Assembly: GCA_964488915.1 (NCBI GenBank)
Contig: CAZAWU010000002.1
Location: forward strand, 2,572-66,571
Direction of reading: 5' to 3'
From: an uncultured Burkholderiales bacterium
GTDB taxonomy: Bacteria > Pseudomonadota > Gammaproteobacteria > Burkholderiales > JALYOK01
DNA length: 64,000 bases
Part shown: piece by piece, positions 19,512-28,210 of the stretch
Numbering within the stretch: the first letter of the stretch is position 1
Layout of the letters: each line of letters starts with the position of its first letter
Program-made: the position numbers and the translations under genes
Notes under the pieces: model-generated
What the model was told of the DNA's origin: nothing
Databases searched by the model: none
The model's input: the letters and a program-made list of their open reading frames with translations, nothing else

Positions 19512-20933
19512 ATGTCCTCCCCCAACTCTCGCGCGTTGTTGGAAACGTTCGCAAGCATCGTCGGTGCAGCGCATGTCATCACCGATACGGAAACGTTGCG
19601 GCCTTATGTTATCGACTGGCGCGGCCGCTACGTCGGCAACGCCCTGTGCGCCGTACGCCCGGGCAACACAGAGCAAACCGCCGCCCTCGTGCGCATCTGC
19701 GCCCAACACAAAACGCCGATCGTGCCGCAAGGCGGCAACACCGGGCTATGCGGCGCGTCCGTGCCGGATCAACGCGGCAACGCCGTCGTGCTTAACCTCA
19801 CGCGTCAGAACCGAGTACGCGCGCTCGATCTCGAGAACAATACCATCTGCGTCGAAGCCGGCTGCGTGCTCGCCAACGTTCAAGCGGCCGCCGCCAACGT
19901 TGACCGCTTGTTCCCCGTGAGCCTCGCCGCACAGGGAAGCTGCACCATCGGCGGCAACGTCGCCACCAACGCCGGCGGCGTGCAAGTGCTGCGTTACGGC
20001 AACACACGCGAACAAGTCCTGGGCATGGAGGTCGTGTTGCCGGACGGCCGCGTGTGGGACGGCTTGCGCGGCTTGCGCAAAGACAACACCGGCTACGATC
20101 TCAAACAAGCTTTCATCGGCGCGGAGGGCACGCTCGGCGTGATCACCGCGATCATGCTTAAGCTCTATCCGCGTCCACGCCAGCAGGCGACCGCTTGGGT
20201 CGCGCTGCGTGATCCTGCGGCAGCGGTTACGTTGTTGCAAGCACTACGCGAACAAGTCGGCGAGCGCGTTACTGCGTTCGAGCTGGTCTCGCGCTTGTGC
20301 TTGGAATTGGTGCTGAAGCACATCCCAGGCGCGCACGATCCGTTGCCTGAACCCTCACCCTGGTACGTGTTGATCGAATGCTCGGACGAAAATGCCGCCG
20401 CCACGCTTGGCAACGCGTTGGAACAAGCCCTGGCGCGCGCCTACGAACAGCAACTCGTCACCAACGCTGCCGTTGCCGACAGCGCCGCGCAGGCGCAAGC
20501 GCTGTGGGCGTTGCGCGAAAACATCTCCGAGGCGCAACGCTTGGAAGGCGCCAACGTCAAACACGACGTTTCCATCCCGCTATCGCACATTGCCGCGTTC
20601 GTCGCTGCTGGCGCGCAGCGCCTTTTGCAAGCGTTCCCTGGCGTGCGCTTGGTGGTGTTCGGGCATGTCGGCGACGGCAACTTGCACTACAACGTCTCTG
20701 CTGCCGAGGGGCAAGACGTGCGCGCATTCATGGCGCAAGCGGAAGCGGTCAACCGCATCGTGCACGATCTGGTACACGAAAATAACGGCAGCATCAGTGC
20801 CGAGCACGGCATCGGCCAACTCAAGCGCGAAGAATTACCGCGCTACAAGCCGCCAATCGAATTGGAACTGATGCGTGCGCTCAAGCGCGCGTGGGATCCG
20901 GACAACATCATGAATCCGGGCAAAATCTTCTAA
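19512..20933 (+). CDS. FAD-linked oxidase, D-2-hydroxyglutarate dehydrogenase-like
   Basis: 473 aa. The motifs PQGGNTGLCGASVP, GGNVATNAGGVQVLRYGN and LRKDNTGYDLKQAFIGAEGTLGVIT closely follow the D2HGDH/GlcD-family signature as I remember it from eukaryotic D2HGDH. Confidence 0.8.
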   Translation: MSSPNSRALLETFASIVGAAHVITDTETLRPYVIDWRGRYVGNALCAVRPGNTEQTAALVRICAQHKTPIVPQGGNTGLCGASVPDQRGNAVVLNLTRQNRVRALDLENNTICVEAGCVLANVQAAAANVDRLFPVSLAAQGSCTIGGNVATNAGGVQVLRYGNTREQVLGMEVVLPDGRVWDGLRGLRKDNTGYDLKQAFIGAEGTLGVITAIMLKLYPRPRQQATAWVALRDPAAAVTLLQALREQVGERVTAFELVSRLCLELVLKHIPGAHDPLPEPSPWYVLIECSDENAAATLGNALEQALARAYEQQLVTNAAVADSAAQAQALWALRENISEAQRLEGANVKHDVSIPLSHIAAFVAAGAQRLLQAFPGVRLVVFGHVGDGNLHYNVSAAEGQDVRAFMAQAEAVNRIVHDLVHENNGSISAEHGIGQLKREELPRYKPPIELELMRALKRAWDPDNIMNPGKIF

Positions 20934-21364
20934 GCGCTCTGCCGCGCCAAATCGCCGCGCGCAGAGGGTCGGCGCGATTCGCGCGCGCTCGTCAGCAAAT
21001 AGCACAGCAATCCGACGAAACACGCCAAGACGAAGCATTTGTTGATGAACCAGTTCGTGCGCCAGATCGTCCACTCCGGCGCTGGGAGGAACAACGCGAA
21101 CTTGGTCACGATGATGATGATCTCCACCACGGCAACCACCAGAGCAAGCGCATAGGTGTAGCGCGGCTGCGTGAGCAGCGCCCAACCGAGCCAGATGTGC
21201 GCGACCCACCAGAAGTCGAGCATCACGTACCGGCCGAGCGGCGCGCCTTCCGCCAGCGCGAACGCGACGGGAAAAATGAACTTGATCACCAGCGTCCACG
21301 CCGCCAGGATGAACAAGAAGTGCGCGAAAAAGCGGTTGGCGGATGATACCGACGGCGCAGCCAT
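20930..21364 (-). CDS. small integral membrane protein (about 4 TM), function unknown
   Basis: 144 aa and hydrophobic (FFAHFLFILAAWTLVIKFIFPVAF...). Starts 4 nt after the stop of the upstream Tat-AKR gene. Confidence 0.55.
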   Translation of the reverse strand: MAAPSVSSANRFFAHFLFILAAWTLVIKFIFPVAFALAEGAPLGRYVMLDFWWVAHIWLGWALLTQPRYTYALALVVAVVEIIIIVTKFALFLPAPEWTIWRTNWFINKCFVLACFVGLLCYLLTSARESRRPSARGDLARQSA

Positions 21365-21367
21365 GCG

Positions 21368-22552
21368 CTAGCTCAACAATGCGGCCGTCTGCCGCGTGAA
21401 CTGCGCGATCGGTACGCCCGCCGGACATGCGTTCAAGCACGACTGATTCGCGCAAGTCAGACACGCTACCGCGCCGCCGGCGATCTGCACATACTCTTCT
21501 CGCGCCAAACGCGCATCACGGTAGTCGCGCGCATACATGCGCGTGCGCAGCACTTCAGCGATCTGCACTTGTTGCGGGCAGCTTTCTTCACACGCATTGC
21601 ACGCCGGGCGACAGTAGTTACCGTCCTGCAGCTGCGCGTAGCGCGCGAGCAGATCGATATCGTATTGGCTCAGCTTGGCATCGCCGGAGGCGCCGAGGTA
21701 TTCGTCGATCTGCTCCTTGCTCGTCATGGAAATGATCGCGGCGTCCACGTTCGGATTCGTCAATGTCCAGCGCAGCGCCGCTTGCGCGAATGTACCGCCG
21801 CGCTCATACGGTCGCATGTCGTTCAAACGCCCGCCCATCAGCACCTTCATCGCCACCACGCCGACATCTTTCTGCTTCGCCTTCTTCAACACGCGCGGTA
21901 GATCTTCCTGGATCGCGGCCCAATGAAAAGTATGCCGCAGCTTATCGACGAAACCAGGATCCGTGCCAAAACTGTGCGCCACCAGAATGACATCGACTAA
22001 GTTTTTTTCGATCGCGTAGTCGAGACATTCGACCAGGTGCCCGCCGTGCCCGGACATGCCACGAAAGCGGATCTTGCCCTGCTTCCTCGCCAGCTCCGTT
22101 GCTTCCAACCATTCCGGGTTTTGCATGCGGCGCACATCGTTGACCGAGTGGTTGAAGTAGATGTCGACGTAATCGGTCTGCAAGCGGCGTAGACTGGCTT
22201 CCAGCGAGCGCATGATTTCCGCGCGCGTCTCGCTCGCACCCGCCTTGGTCTTGGTGGCGAGAATCACCTGCTCGCGCTTGCCGCGCAGCGCTTGGCCGAT
22301 CGCTTCTTCCGAGCTTCCGCCGCGGTAGCTCTCCGCCGTGTCGAAATAGTTGATGCCGCGTTCGAGCGCGTGCTGCACGAGATCCGGATCGGCTGAACTG
22401 GCGGAGCCGAACGACACATCGGAAATCTTGAGTTCGGTGCGCCCCAGCCGCACTTGGCGTTGCACGCGCGGCGCGGGTGCCGCGGCGCTCGGCGTGACTG
22501 CGGTGCTTAGTCCCAGCGCGGCGGTGGCTGCAAGAAAATCGCGTCGATACAT
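21368..22552 (-). CDS. Tat-signal aldo/keto reductase fused to a C-terminal di-cluster ferredoxin-like Cys domain
   Basis: Leader MYRRDFLAATAALGLSTAV, AKR core, and C-terminal CRPACNACEESCP and CLTCANQSCLNACP motifs. Confidence 0.75.
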   Translation of the reverse strand: MYRRDFLAATAALGLSTAVTPSAAAPAPRVQRQVRLGRTELKISDVSFGSASSADPDLVQHALERGINYFDTAESYRGGSSEEAIGQALRGKREQVILATKTKAGASETRAEIMRSLEASLRRLQTDYVDIYFNHSVNDVRRMQNPEWLEATELARKQGKIRFRGMSGHGGHLVECLDYAIEKNLVDVILVAHSFGTDPGFVDKLRHTFHWAAIQEDLPRVLKKAKQKDVGVVAMKVLMGGRLNDMRPYERGGTFAQAALRWTLTNPNVDAAIISMTSKEQIDEYLGASGDAKLSQYDIDLLARYAQLQDGNYCRPACNACEESCPQQVQIAEVLRTRMYARDYRDARLAREEYVQIAGGAVACLTCANQSCLNACPAGVPIAQFTRQTAALLS

Positions 22553-22659
22553 TCGCTTTGCCTCCTCGTCACCTGGCTCCAGAGACAGGCGTGAGTAACC
22601 ATTGAATAATCGCTACGGCCTTTACTCTTGAACACATACTGCCATGCTATCGGTGTGAA

Positions 22660-23232
22660 TCAGCCCCGCCCAAGCGCATAAAATTCGCGGTTCGGCCGCA
22701 TCCCGGTCAGATTCGCCATGCGATTTGACAACGCGAATAGCGCCGCAATTCCGCCGATGTCCCAAATATCGTCATCCGTGAATCCATGCGCGCGCAGCGC
22801 CTCGAAATCGCTCGGCTCCACTTTGTAAGATTCCGCCGCCACTCTCACGGCGAAATCCAGCATCGCGCGCTGACGCGGCGTCAGTGGTGCCTTGCGGTAG
22901 TTGACTGCGATCTGATCGCCGAGCAACGGGTCTTTCGCGTAGATGCGCAAAATCGCGCCGTGGGCCACCACACAATACTCGCAGTGATTCACCGCACTCG
23001 TTGCCACCACGATCATCTCGCGCTCGGCTTTCGTGATGCTGCCTGGTTTCAGCATCAGCGCATCGTAGTAGGCGAAGAACGCACGGAACTCGTCCGGCCG
23101 GTGCGCCAGCACGATGAACACATTCGGGATAAAGCCGGACTTCTCCTGCACCGCGAGGATGCGCTCGCGCACATCAGTGGGTAGGTTTTCGAGTTTTGGG
23201 ACAGGGAAGCGGGAGATCGGCAGGTCAGGCAT
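22660..23232 (-). CDS. carboxymuconolactone decarboxylase / AhpD-like peroxidase-related protein
   Basis: 190 aa. AhpD-type CxxC motif NHCEYCVVAHG. Confidence 0.75.
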   Translation of the reverse strand: MPDLPISRFPVPKLENLPTDVRERILAVQEKSGFIPNVFIVLAHRPDEFRAFFAYYDALMLKPGSITKAEREMIVVATSAVNHCEYCVVAHGAILRIYAKDPLLGDQIAVNYRKAPLTPRQRAMLDFAVRVAAESYKVEPSDFEALRAHGFTDDDIWDIGGIAALFALSNRMANLTGMRPNREFYALGRG

Positions 23233-23386
23233 GGACTCGGATTAGCTCATTGGGGAAGGCAATGAGTATAAACCCGAAGACCATGAATTCGACCGCACCG
23301 CCGGCAACGGCCAAGCACCGGCGGCGCGATTGGCTTCTGACGTGCGCGGGCGCCGCGAAAGCCGACGGACGCGCCGCGCCAGTGCG

Positions 23387-24118
23387 CTATGGCTTCGCCA
23401 CCAACTTCGGCACGGAAACGCTGCCTTTGAATTGGATGCTCCAGTTGATCTTCTTGATTGGAACCTGTGCAAACGCATCCCCCTCGGGTGCGGTTATGCG
23501 CGCGGAACTCACTTCTCCCGGACACACCTCGCCCCAAAACACCGGCTGGATCAACATCATCTTGCCGTCGGGCATATCGGTTAAGAAATTGACCGTACCG
23601 CCGCCGGGGGCGCATTTGCTCGTGTCGATCTTGACGTCGACCTGAACGAGATCGCTGCTGCCCTGCGAGCCAATGGCGCGCACGCTGCCCGCTGCAGATT
23701 CGTGCCGGGCACCACCGGAGCGAATCGGCAAACCCAAGAACTGCTCAAACTGAGCCTTCGCTTTCTGCGAAGGTCCATACGCGCCGGCGAGCATCCACCG
23801 GCCCTTGGTTCCATCGGGGGCATCAAACCCTTCGATATCCACCCATAGATAGGACGCGCTATACGGGCCGGTGTTGTAGCCGTCCGCCGTCGTATAGATG
23901 TTGATGCCGCCGGTCATTTCTTTGGTCGGCGTCACGCCAGGGGGCAGCATGCGCTTGAGTGCGGCTTCGTCCCACGTCACGCCCGTCGTGATGGTATTGA
24001 AGCCCGTGAGCAAATAGGGCGGCGGCACGAGGGCGTCTTCACTGTACGCGGCCGCGACAAAACTCAAGCCGACTGCCGCGACGCTTGCTGTACATAGCGC
24101 ATGACGATTACGGTTCAT
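23387..24118 (-). CDS. secreted hypothetical protein (possibly acetoacetate-decarboxylase-like fold)
   Basis: Start moved to ATG 24118, which gives the signal peptide MNRNRHALCTASVAAVGLSFVAAAYS. No diagnostic motif recognised; the ADC-like suggestion is weak. Confidence 0.45.
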   Translation of the reverse strand: MNRNRHALCTASVAAVGLSFVAAAYSEDALVPPPYLLTGFNTITTGVTWDEAALKRMLPPGVTPTKEMTGGINIYTTADGYNTGPYSASYLWVDIEGFDAPDGTKGRWMLAGAYGPSQKAKAQFEQFLGLPIRSGGARHESAAGSVRAIGSQGSSDLVQVDVKIDTSKCAPGGGTVNFLTDMPDGKMMLIQPVFWGEVCPGEVSSARITAPEGDAFAQVPIKKINWSIQFKGSVSVPKLVAKP

Positions 24119-24382
24119 CGCGAATCTCCTTTGTACGTGTTGGCAAGTGATGTGACCTGACGGCCCCAACGAGAGGCCGGTTGGCAGAGCAACGTTCCCG
24201 AATGCAATCCGAACGCTCCGCTACTTGCGTTCGCTCTCCCAGGCTCCGGAACATCCGAGACTCGCATCGCGGGACGAGGCTACGTCAGCGCCTCAACGCA
24301 CAGTTTTCACACTAGTTGGGTACGTATCCCCTCGGTATCAGGGGGGAATTGTGTGGATTGAGCGTTAGGACGGACGAAAAAC

Positions 24383-25237
24383 TTACGCGAGCAAGAACGC
24401 GCGCACCGCCTCGATTTGATCTTGCGCCATCAGCGCCGGCGCGTGGCCGACGCCGTCGAATTCCACTGCCTGCGTGCCTGGTCGCGCAGCGAGCATCTGC
24501 TCGAGCGTGTCGGCGAGCAGCAAATCCGATTGCGTGCCACGCAGGACCAGTGTTGGGCAGCGCAACGCCTGCCACACCGGCCAGAGCGCGATGTCGTTCA
24601 ATGGGCCAGCGAAGGCGTGCCCTATACTGGGGTCATAATGCAACGTGTAATCTCTAAAATCCTTATTCTTCACGCTATACTGTGTGAGGTGATGCCATTG
24701 TTTAGATGTCAACGCACCAAAACCCGCGAGCGTCTCACGCAGGTACGCCTCAACCGCCGCAAGATCGGCGAACGCCGGGGCTTTGCCGACGTACTGCGCA
24801 AGCCGCTCCAATGCCGCCTTCGGAATGAACGGCCCGACATCGTTGATGACGAACTTACCGATCGGCGCGTTCGGCTGCGCGGCCAGCATCATGCCAACCA
24901 AACCACCCATCGAGGTGCCGACCCAATCGACACGATCGACGTTCAATCGCGCGATCAGCGCGTTCATGTCCGCGCAGTATTGCGGATATGCGTAGTCCTG
25001 CGCATGAGATAACCAATCGCTACACCCGCGCCCAACCACATCCGGACAGACCACGCGGAAATCGCGCGCCAACTCGCGCGCCAGAAAATCGAAGTCGCGC
25101 CCGTTGCGCGTGAGGCCGTGCACGCACACGACCACGCGGGGACTGTCTGCATCACCCCATTCGACGTAGGCGACGCGGTGGAAGCCGCGCGGGCCTAAGC
25201 CTTGGAAGTAGTGCTGGCGTGGCTCGATCACGTCCAC
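24383..25237 (-). CDS. alpha/beta hydrolase
   Basis: 284 aa. HG oxyanion motif VCVHGLTRNG and nucleophile elbow GTSMGG. GTG start 3 nt after the pentapeptide gene stop. Confidence 0.8.
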   Translation of the reverse strand: MDVIEPRQHYFQGLGPRGFHRVAYVEWGDADSPRVVVCVHGLTRNGRDFDFLARELARDFRVVCPDVVGRGCSDWLSHAQDYAYPQYCADMNALIARLNVDRVDWVGTSMGGLVGMMLAAQPNAPIGKFVINDVGPFIPKAALERLAQYVGKAPAFADLAAVEAYLRETLAGFGALTSKQWHHLTQYSVKNKDFRDYTLHYDPSIGHAFAGPLNDIALWPVWQALRCPTLVLRGTQSDLLLADTLEQMLAARPGTQAVEFDGVGHAPALMAQDQIEAVRAFLLA

Positions 25238-25240
25238 GCA

Positions 25241-25741
25241 CTAATCCAGTAGCGCCCGCTCACGCCCTTCCACCTTGTCCCATCCCTTCGCCTGATCCAA
25301 TCCGCGCACATCCTTGAACACCGCGCCGACAACGTTCGCTTCGGTGAAGTCCGCGCCGGCCACGTGCGCACCGGTCAAGTCCGCCCGCGACATATTCGCG
25401 CCAGATAAATTCGCGCCGCGCAAATCGGCGAACTCCAGCACACACCGGTTCAAATCCGCTCCCGCGAGATCGGCGTTGCGCAGCTTCGTGCCCCGCAGTT
25501 TGGCACCGGCAAAGTTCACTTGCACAAGCTGGCTGCCCAAGAAAGACGCTTCGCTGACATCCACGCCGGAGAAATCCAGCCTGCTCAGATCAAGGCCGGA
25601 TAGATCTTTGCCGGCTAAGCTTTGCATGCCGACATGATGCCGTTGTATCAGCAGCGCGGCGATTTCCTCGCGCGAGAACTCCGCAGCGTGACCCGTGACG
25701 GAGGCCACGGCCAGCATGGGGATAATCGCAGTGCACTTCAT
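25241..25741 (-). CDS. periplasmic pentapeptide-repeat protein
   Basis: Start at ATG 25741 gives the signal peptide MKCTAIIPMLAVASVTGHA. Long A(D/N)LxG repeat run (ADLRGANLSGANMSRADLTGAHVAGADFTEANV). The ATG overlaps the fccB stop (ATGA). Confidence 0.8.
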   Translation of the reverse strand: MKCTAIIPMLAVASVTGHAAEFSREEIAALLIQRHHVGMQSLAGKDLSGLDLSRLDFSGVDVSEASFLGSQLVQVNFAGAKLRGTKLRNADLAGADLNRCVLEFADLRGANLSGANMSRADLTGAHVAGADFTEANVVGAVFKDVRGLDQAKGWDKVEGRERALLD

Positions 25742-27027
25742 CCCAGCATGTCTTGCCAAATGTTCTGCGCCCAAGAGAATGCGAAATCTCCTTCGAGATT
25801 ACTCGCTTCTTTCGACAAACCGCCGGCTTCCTTGACCGGTTCTAGCACCTTTTTCTCTGCGTTGTACTGGTGCACCGAAGCGACGTGGATGACTTGCTTG
25901 TCGTCGACAAAGCTGTAGCAAGTGTTTACCGCCACCGGCGTTAGGTTGGGCGCGTGCCCGCTAAGCAGCTCAATGATCGCCGCGGCGGCGATCTTGCCGT
26001 GCTGGTTTGCCATGTGGCCGGACTTCGGCATCGCCGGTCCGGCCAAGGTAGCGTCGCCCAGTACGTGAACGCCGGGCACGACTTTCGATTCCATGGTGAG
26101 CCAATCGATATCACACCATTTGTTGTTGGTGGTGATAAGTCCGGTGTTCTTCGCAATGTCGGCGGCGCGCTGCGGCGGCACGACATTGAGTACATCCGCC
26201 TTGACGTCGTCGAACTCCAGCTTCGCCGTCTTGGTCGCGACATCCACATCCATCAGCCTGCTGTTCGGCCGATATTCGATGATGCCGCCGTACATTTCCT
26301 TGAAAATCTTGTCGAACAGCGCCGGTTTGGAAATGATCTTGTCGTTGGCGTCCAGCACCAACACCTTGGACTTCGGCTTGGCTTGCTTGAAAAAGTGCGC
26401 CGCTTGGCAAGCACGCTCATAGGGCCCGGGGGGGCACCGGTATGGCGCCAGTGGAATACTGATGGCGAACACGCCACCGTCGGGCATCGCTTCCAGTTGC
26501 TTGCGCAGCGCCACCGTCTGTGCGCCAGCTTTCCATGCGTGCAGAATTTGTTCACGCGCGGTCGCGTCCCGCAGCGCTGGCACTTGATCCCAGAGAAACT
26601 CGACCCCGGGTGACATCACCAAGCGCTCGTAACGTAGCGTTTGGCCGCCGGCGAGTTTGACTTCGCGTTTCGCGGCGTCGACATCGATGACTTCGTCATG
26701 CACCACGTGCACGCGTTCTTTCTGCAGCGCCGCGTAACCGCGCGTGATGTCGGCGAGCGACTTGCTGCCGCCGATAATGAGATTCGACAGCGGGCAAGAA
26801 ACAAATTCTTTGTCGCGCTCGACGAGCGTCACATTCACGTCCGGCCCGCCCCAGCGCTTCAAGTAGCGCGCGGCTGTCGCACCGCCGAAACCGCCGCCGA
26901 TGACGACGACGTTGTATTTTCCGCCGCCGCTGGCGGTTGAGGCGCATCCGCCAAGGGAAAGTGAGGAAAACGCCGCGGCCGCCGCTGCACCGCCCTTCAG
27001 AAAATCGCGTCGATTCATCGTTCGCAT
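25738..27027 (-). CDS. fccB: flavocytochrome c sulfide dehydrogenase, flavoprotein subunit
   Basis: 429 aa. Tat leader MNRRDFLKGGAAAAAAFSSLSLGG and FAD dinucleotide fold VVVIGGGFGGATAARYLK. Immediately downstream of a small c-type cytochrome gene. Confidence 0.85.
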   Translation of the reverse strand: MRTMNRRDFLKGGAAAAAAFSSLSLGGCASTASGGGKYNVVVIGGGFGGATAARYLKRWGGPDVNVTLVERDKEFVSCPLSNLIIGGSKSLADITRGYAALQKERVHVVHDEVIDVDAAKREVKLAGGQTLRYERLVMSPGVEFLWDQVPALRDATAREQILHAWKAGAQTVALRKQLEAMPDGGVFAISIPLAPYRCPPGPYERACQAAHFFKQAKPKSKVLVLDANDKIISKPALFDKIFKEMYGGIIEYRPNSRLMDVDVATKTAKLEFDDVKADVLNVVPPQRAADIAKNTGLITTNNKWCDIDWLTMESKVVPGVHVLGDATLAGPAMPKSGHMANQHGKIAAAAIIELLSGHAPNLTPVAVNTCYSFVDDKQVIHVASVHQYNAEKKVLEPVKEAGGLSKEASNLEGDFAFSWAQNIWQDMLG

Positions 27028-27035
27028 GCCGCCTC

Positions 27036-27335
27036 CTATTTCTGCGCCGCGAAGTAGTCGGCGATCAGCTTGAGCTGTGCGTCGGTGAAGCCCTTGGCGA
27101 TCTGATGCATGATCGTCGCAGGGCGTGTGCCTTCCTTGAATTCGGCAAGTTTGGTCAGCATATCTTGCGCATTTTGCCCTGCCAACTTAGCGACGCTGCC
27201 GGCCGAGCGCCCATCCGTGCCGTGGCAATTCGCGCAAGTCGCGGCCAAGTTGCGCGCAGTGTGGTCTGCCGCCGTACCATGTGCGAGCGCGCTCGGCACA
27301 ATTGCGCAAAGCAGCAGCGCATGGAGAAGTTTCAT
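27036..27335 (-). CDS. fccA: monoheme cytochrome c (FCSD cytochrome subunit-like)
   Basis: Start moved to ATG 27335 (MKLLHALLLCAIVPSALAHG signal peptide). Single CANCHG heme motif. About 99 aa. Confidence 0.75.
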   Translation of the reverse strand: MKLLHALLLCAIVPSALAHGTAADHTARNLAATCANCHGTDGRSAGSVAKLAGQNAQDMLTKLAEFKEGTRPATIMHQIAKGFTDAQLKLIADYFAAQK

Positions 27336-27432
27336 TGAGTCGTCCTTGTGATGATTCGCGTCGATCCGGTCAAGTGCGCTGGATGCTGCACCGGCGTTGA
27401 GCGTCATTGTACGAGCCCGTGCGCACGCGGAT

Positions 27433-27508
27433 TTCTTAAGCGCACATTATCTTATACTGCTAAATGCCTATGATGGTTAATCGCTATTTTACTTATTCTT
27501 AAGTGTAC
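27433..27508. promoter_or_regulatory. 13-nt direct repeat TTCTTAAGYGYAC (two copies, 63 bp apart) in an AT-rich intergenic island
   Basis: TTCTTAAGCGCAC at 27433-27445 and TTCTTAAGTGTAC at 27496-27508, upstream of orphan ORF 27617. Confidence 0.3.
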
Positions 27509-27616
27509 TCTGGCTACAGTATTACACTCGAAGCGATTTTCTAAGCCTTTCACGCTGTGCGCGTCCAAGACTCTTTGTTACAGTAGGCTTCCACACTTTG
27601 CCCAGAGGCCACCACC

Positions 27617-28198
27617 ATGACCCCACCAGTCGATCCGAACAATGTGTTGATGACGGGCGAGAACTCATTTATCCGCTTAAGCAAGGATGGCGGCAAGAAT
27701 CAATCCGACCGCATCAGCCATTGGCGCGTACTGTGGTGCCCCGCGGGCAGCGGTCACGCGCTGTTCATGCAAAGCGAATTGACCGGCGGCAAGGTGAAGA
27801 TCTACGGCGATAACGTCGCGGTCGTACGCTGGCTGCAGCAGAGCATCGAAACGCTACTTTTTCCCGCTTTTGCTGACACCTCGCTCCCGGTGTCCAACGC
27901 CGAATTCGCCCGCGCCGGAGGTCCGCCGAGCAGCGCGACGGAAACAGTTATCTCCAGCCGGGACGAAATCATTCTAACGTGGCACGATTGCATCGAACCG
28001 TTCGTGCTCACCCAACCGCCTGGATTCAATAACCGTCCGATCGGTGTGTTCAGCACCTTCTTCCCTGCGCGTGCTGCACAGGTTGAAATGAACGGCAGCT
28101 TCGCCACCGGCAGTCCCTGGCCGGAAATGCGCGGCGACCGCCAATCCAGCAGCGCGTGCCTGGCGTGGTCCGAGAGTTGGGTGAAGCCGCGCGGCTAA
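27617..28198 (+). CDS. hypothetical protein (no recognisable motif, no signal peptide or TM)
   Basis: 193-aa ORF with non-shadow-like composition, preceded by about 200 bp of AT-rich DNA. No overlapping better ORF. Confidence 0.5.
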   Translation: MTPPVDPNNVLMTGENSFIRLSKDGGKNQSDRISHWRVLWCPAGSGHALFMQSELTGGKVKIYGDNVAVVRWLQQSIETLLFPAFADTSLPVSNAEFARAGGPPSSATETVISSRDEIILTWHDCIEPFVLTQPPGFNNRPIGVFSTFFPARAAQVEMNGSFATGSPWPEMRGDRQSSSACLAWSESWVKPRG

Positions 28199-28210
28199 GA
28201 GGGCATTTAG

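Noticed and set aside
27980-27992. TGGCACGATTGCA, which looks like a sigma-54 promoter.
   Set aside because: The GC of the TTGC element is 3 nt too close to the GG for a -24/-12 promoter. The site also lies inside the coding sequence of ORF 27617..28198.
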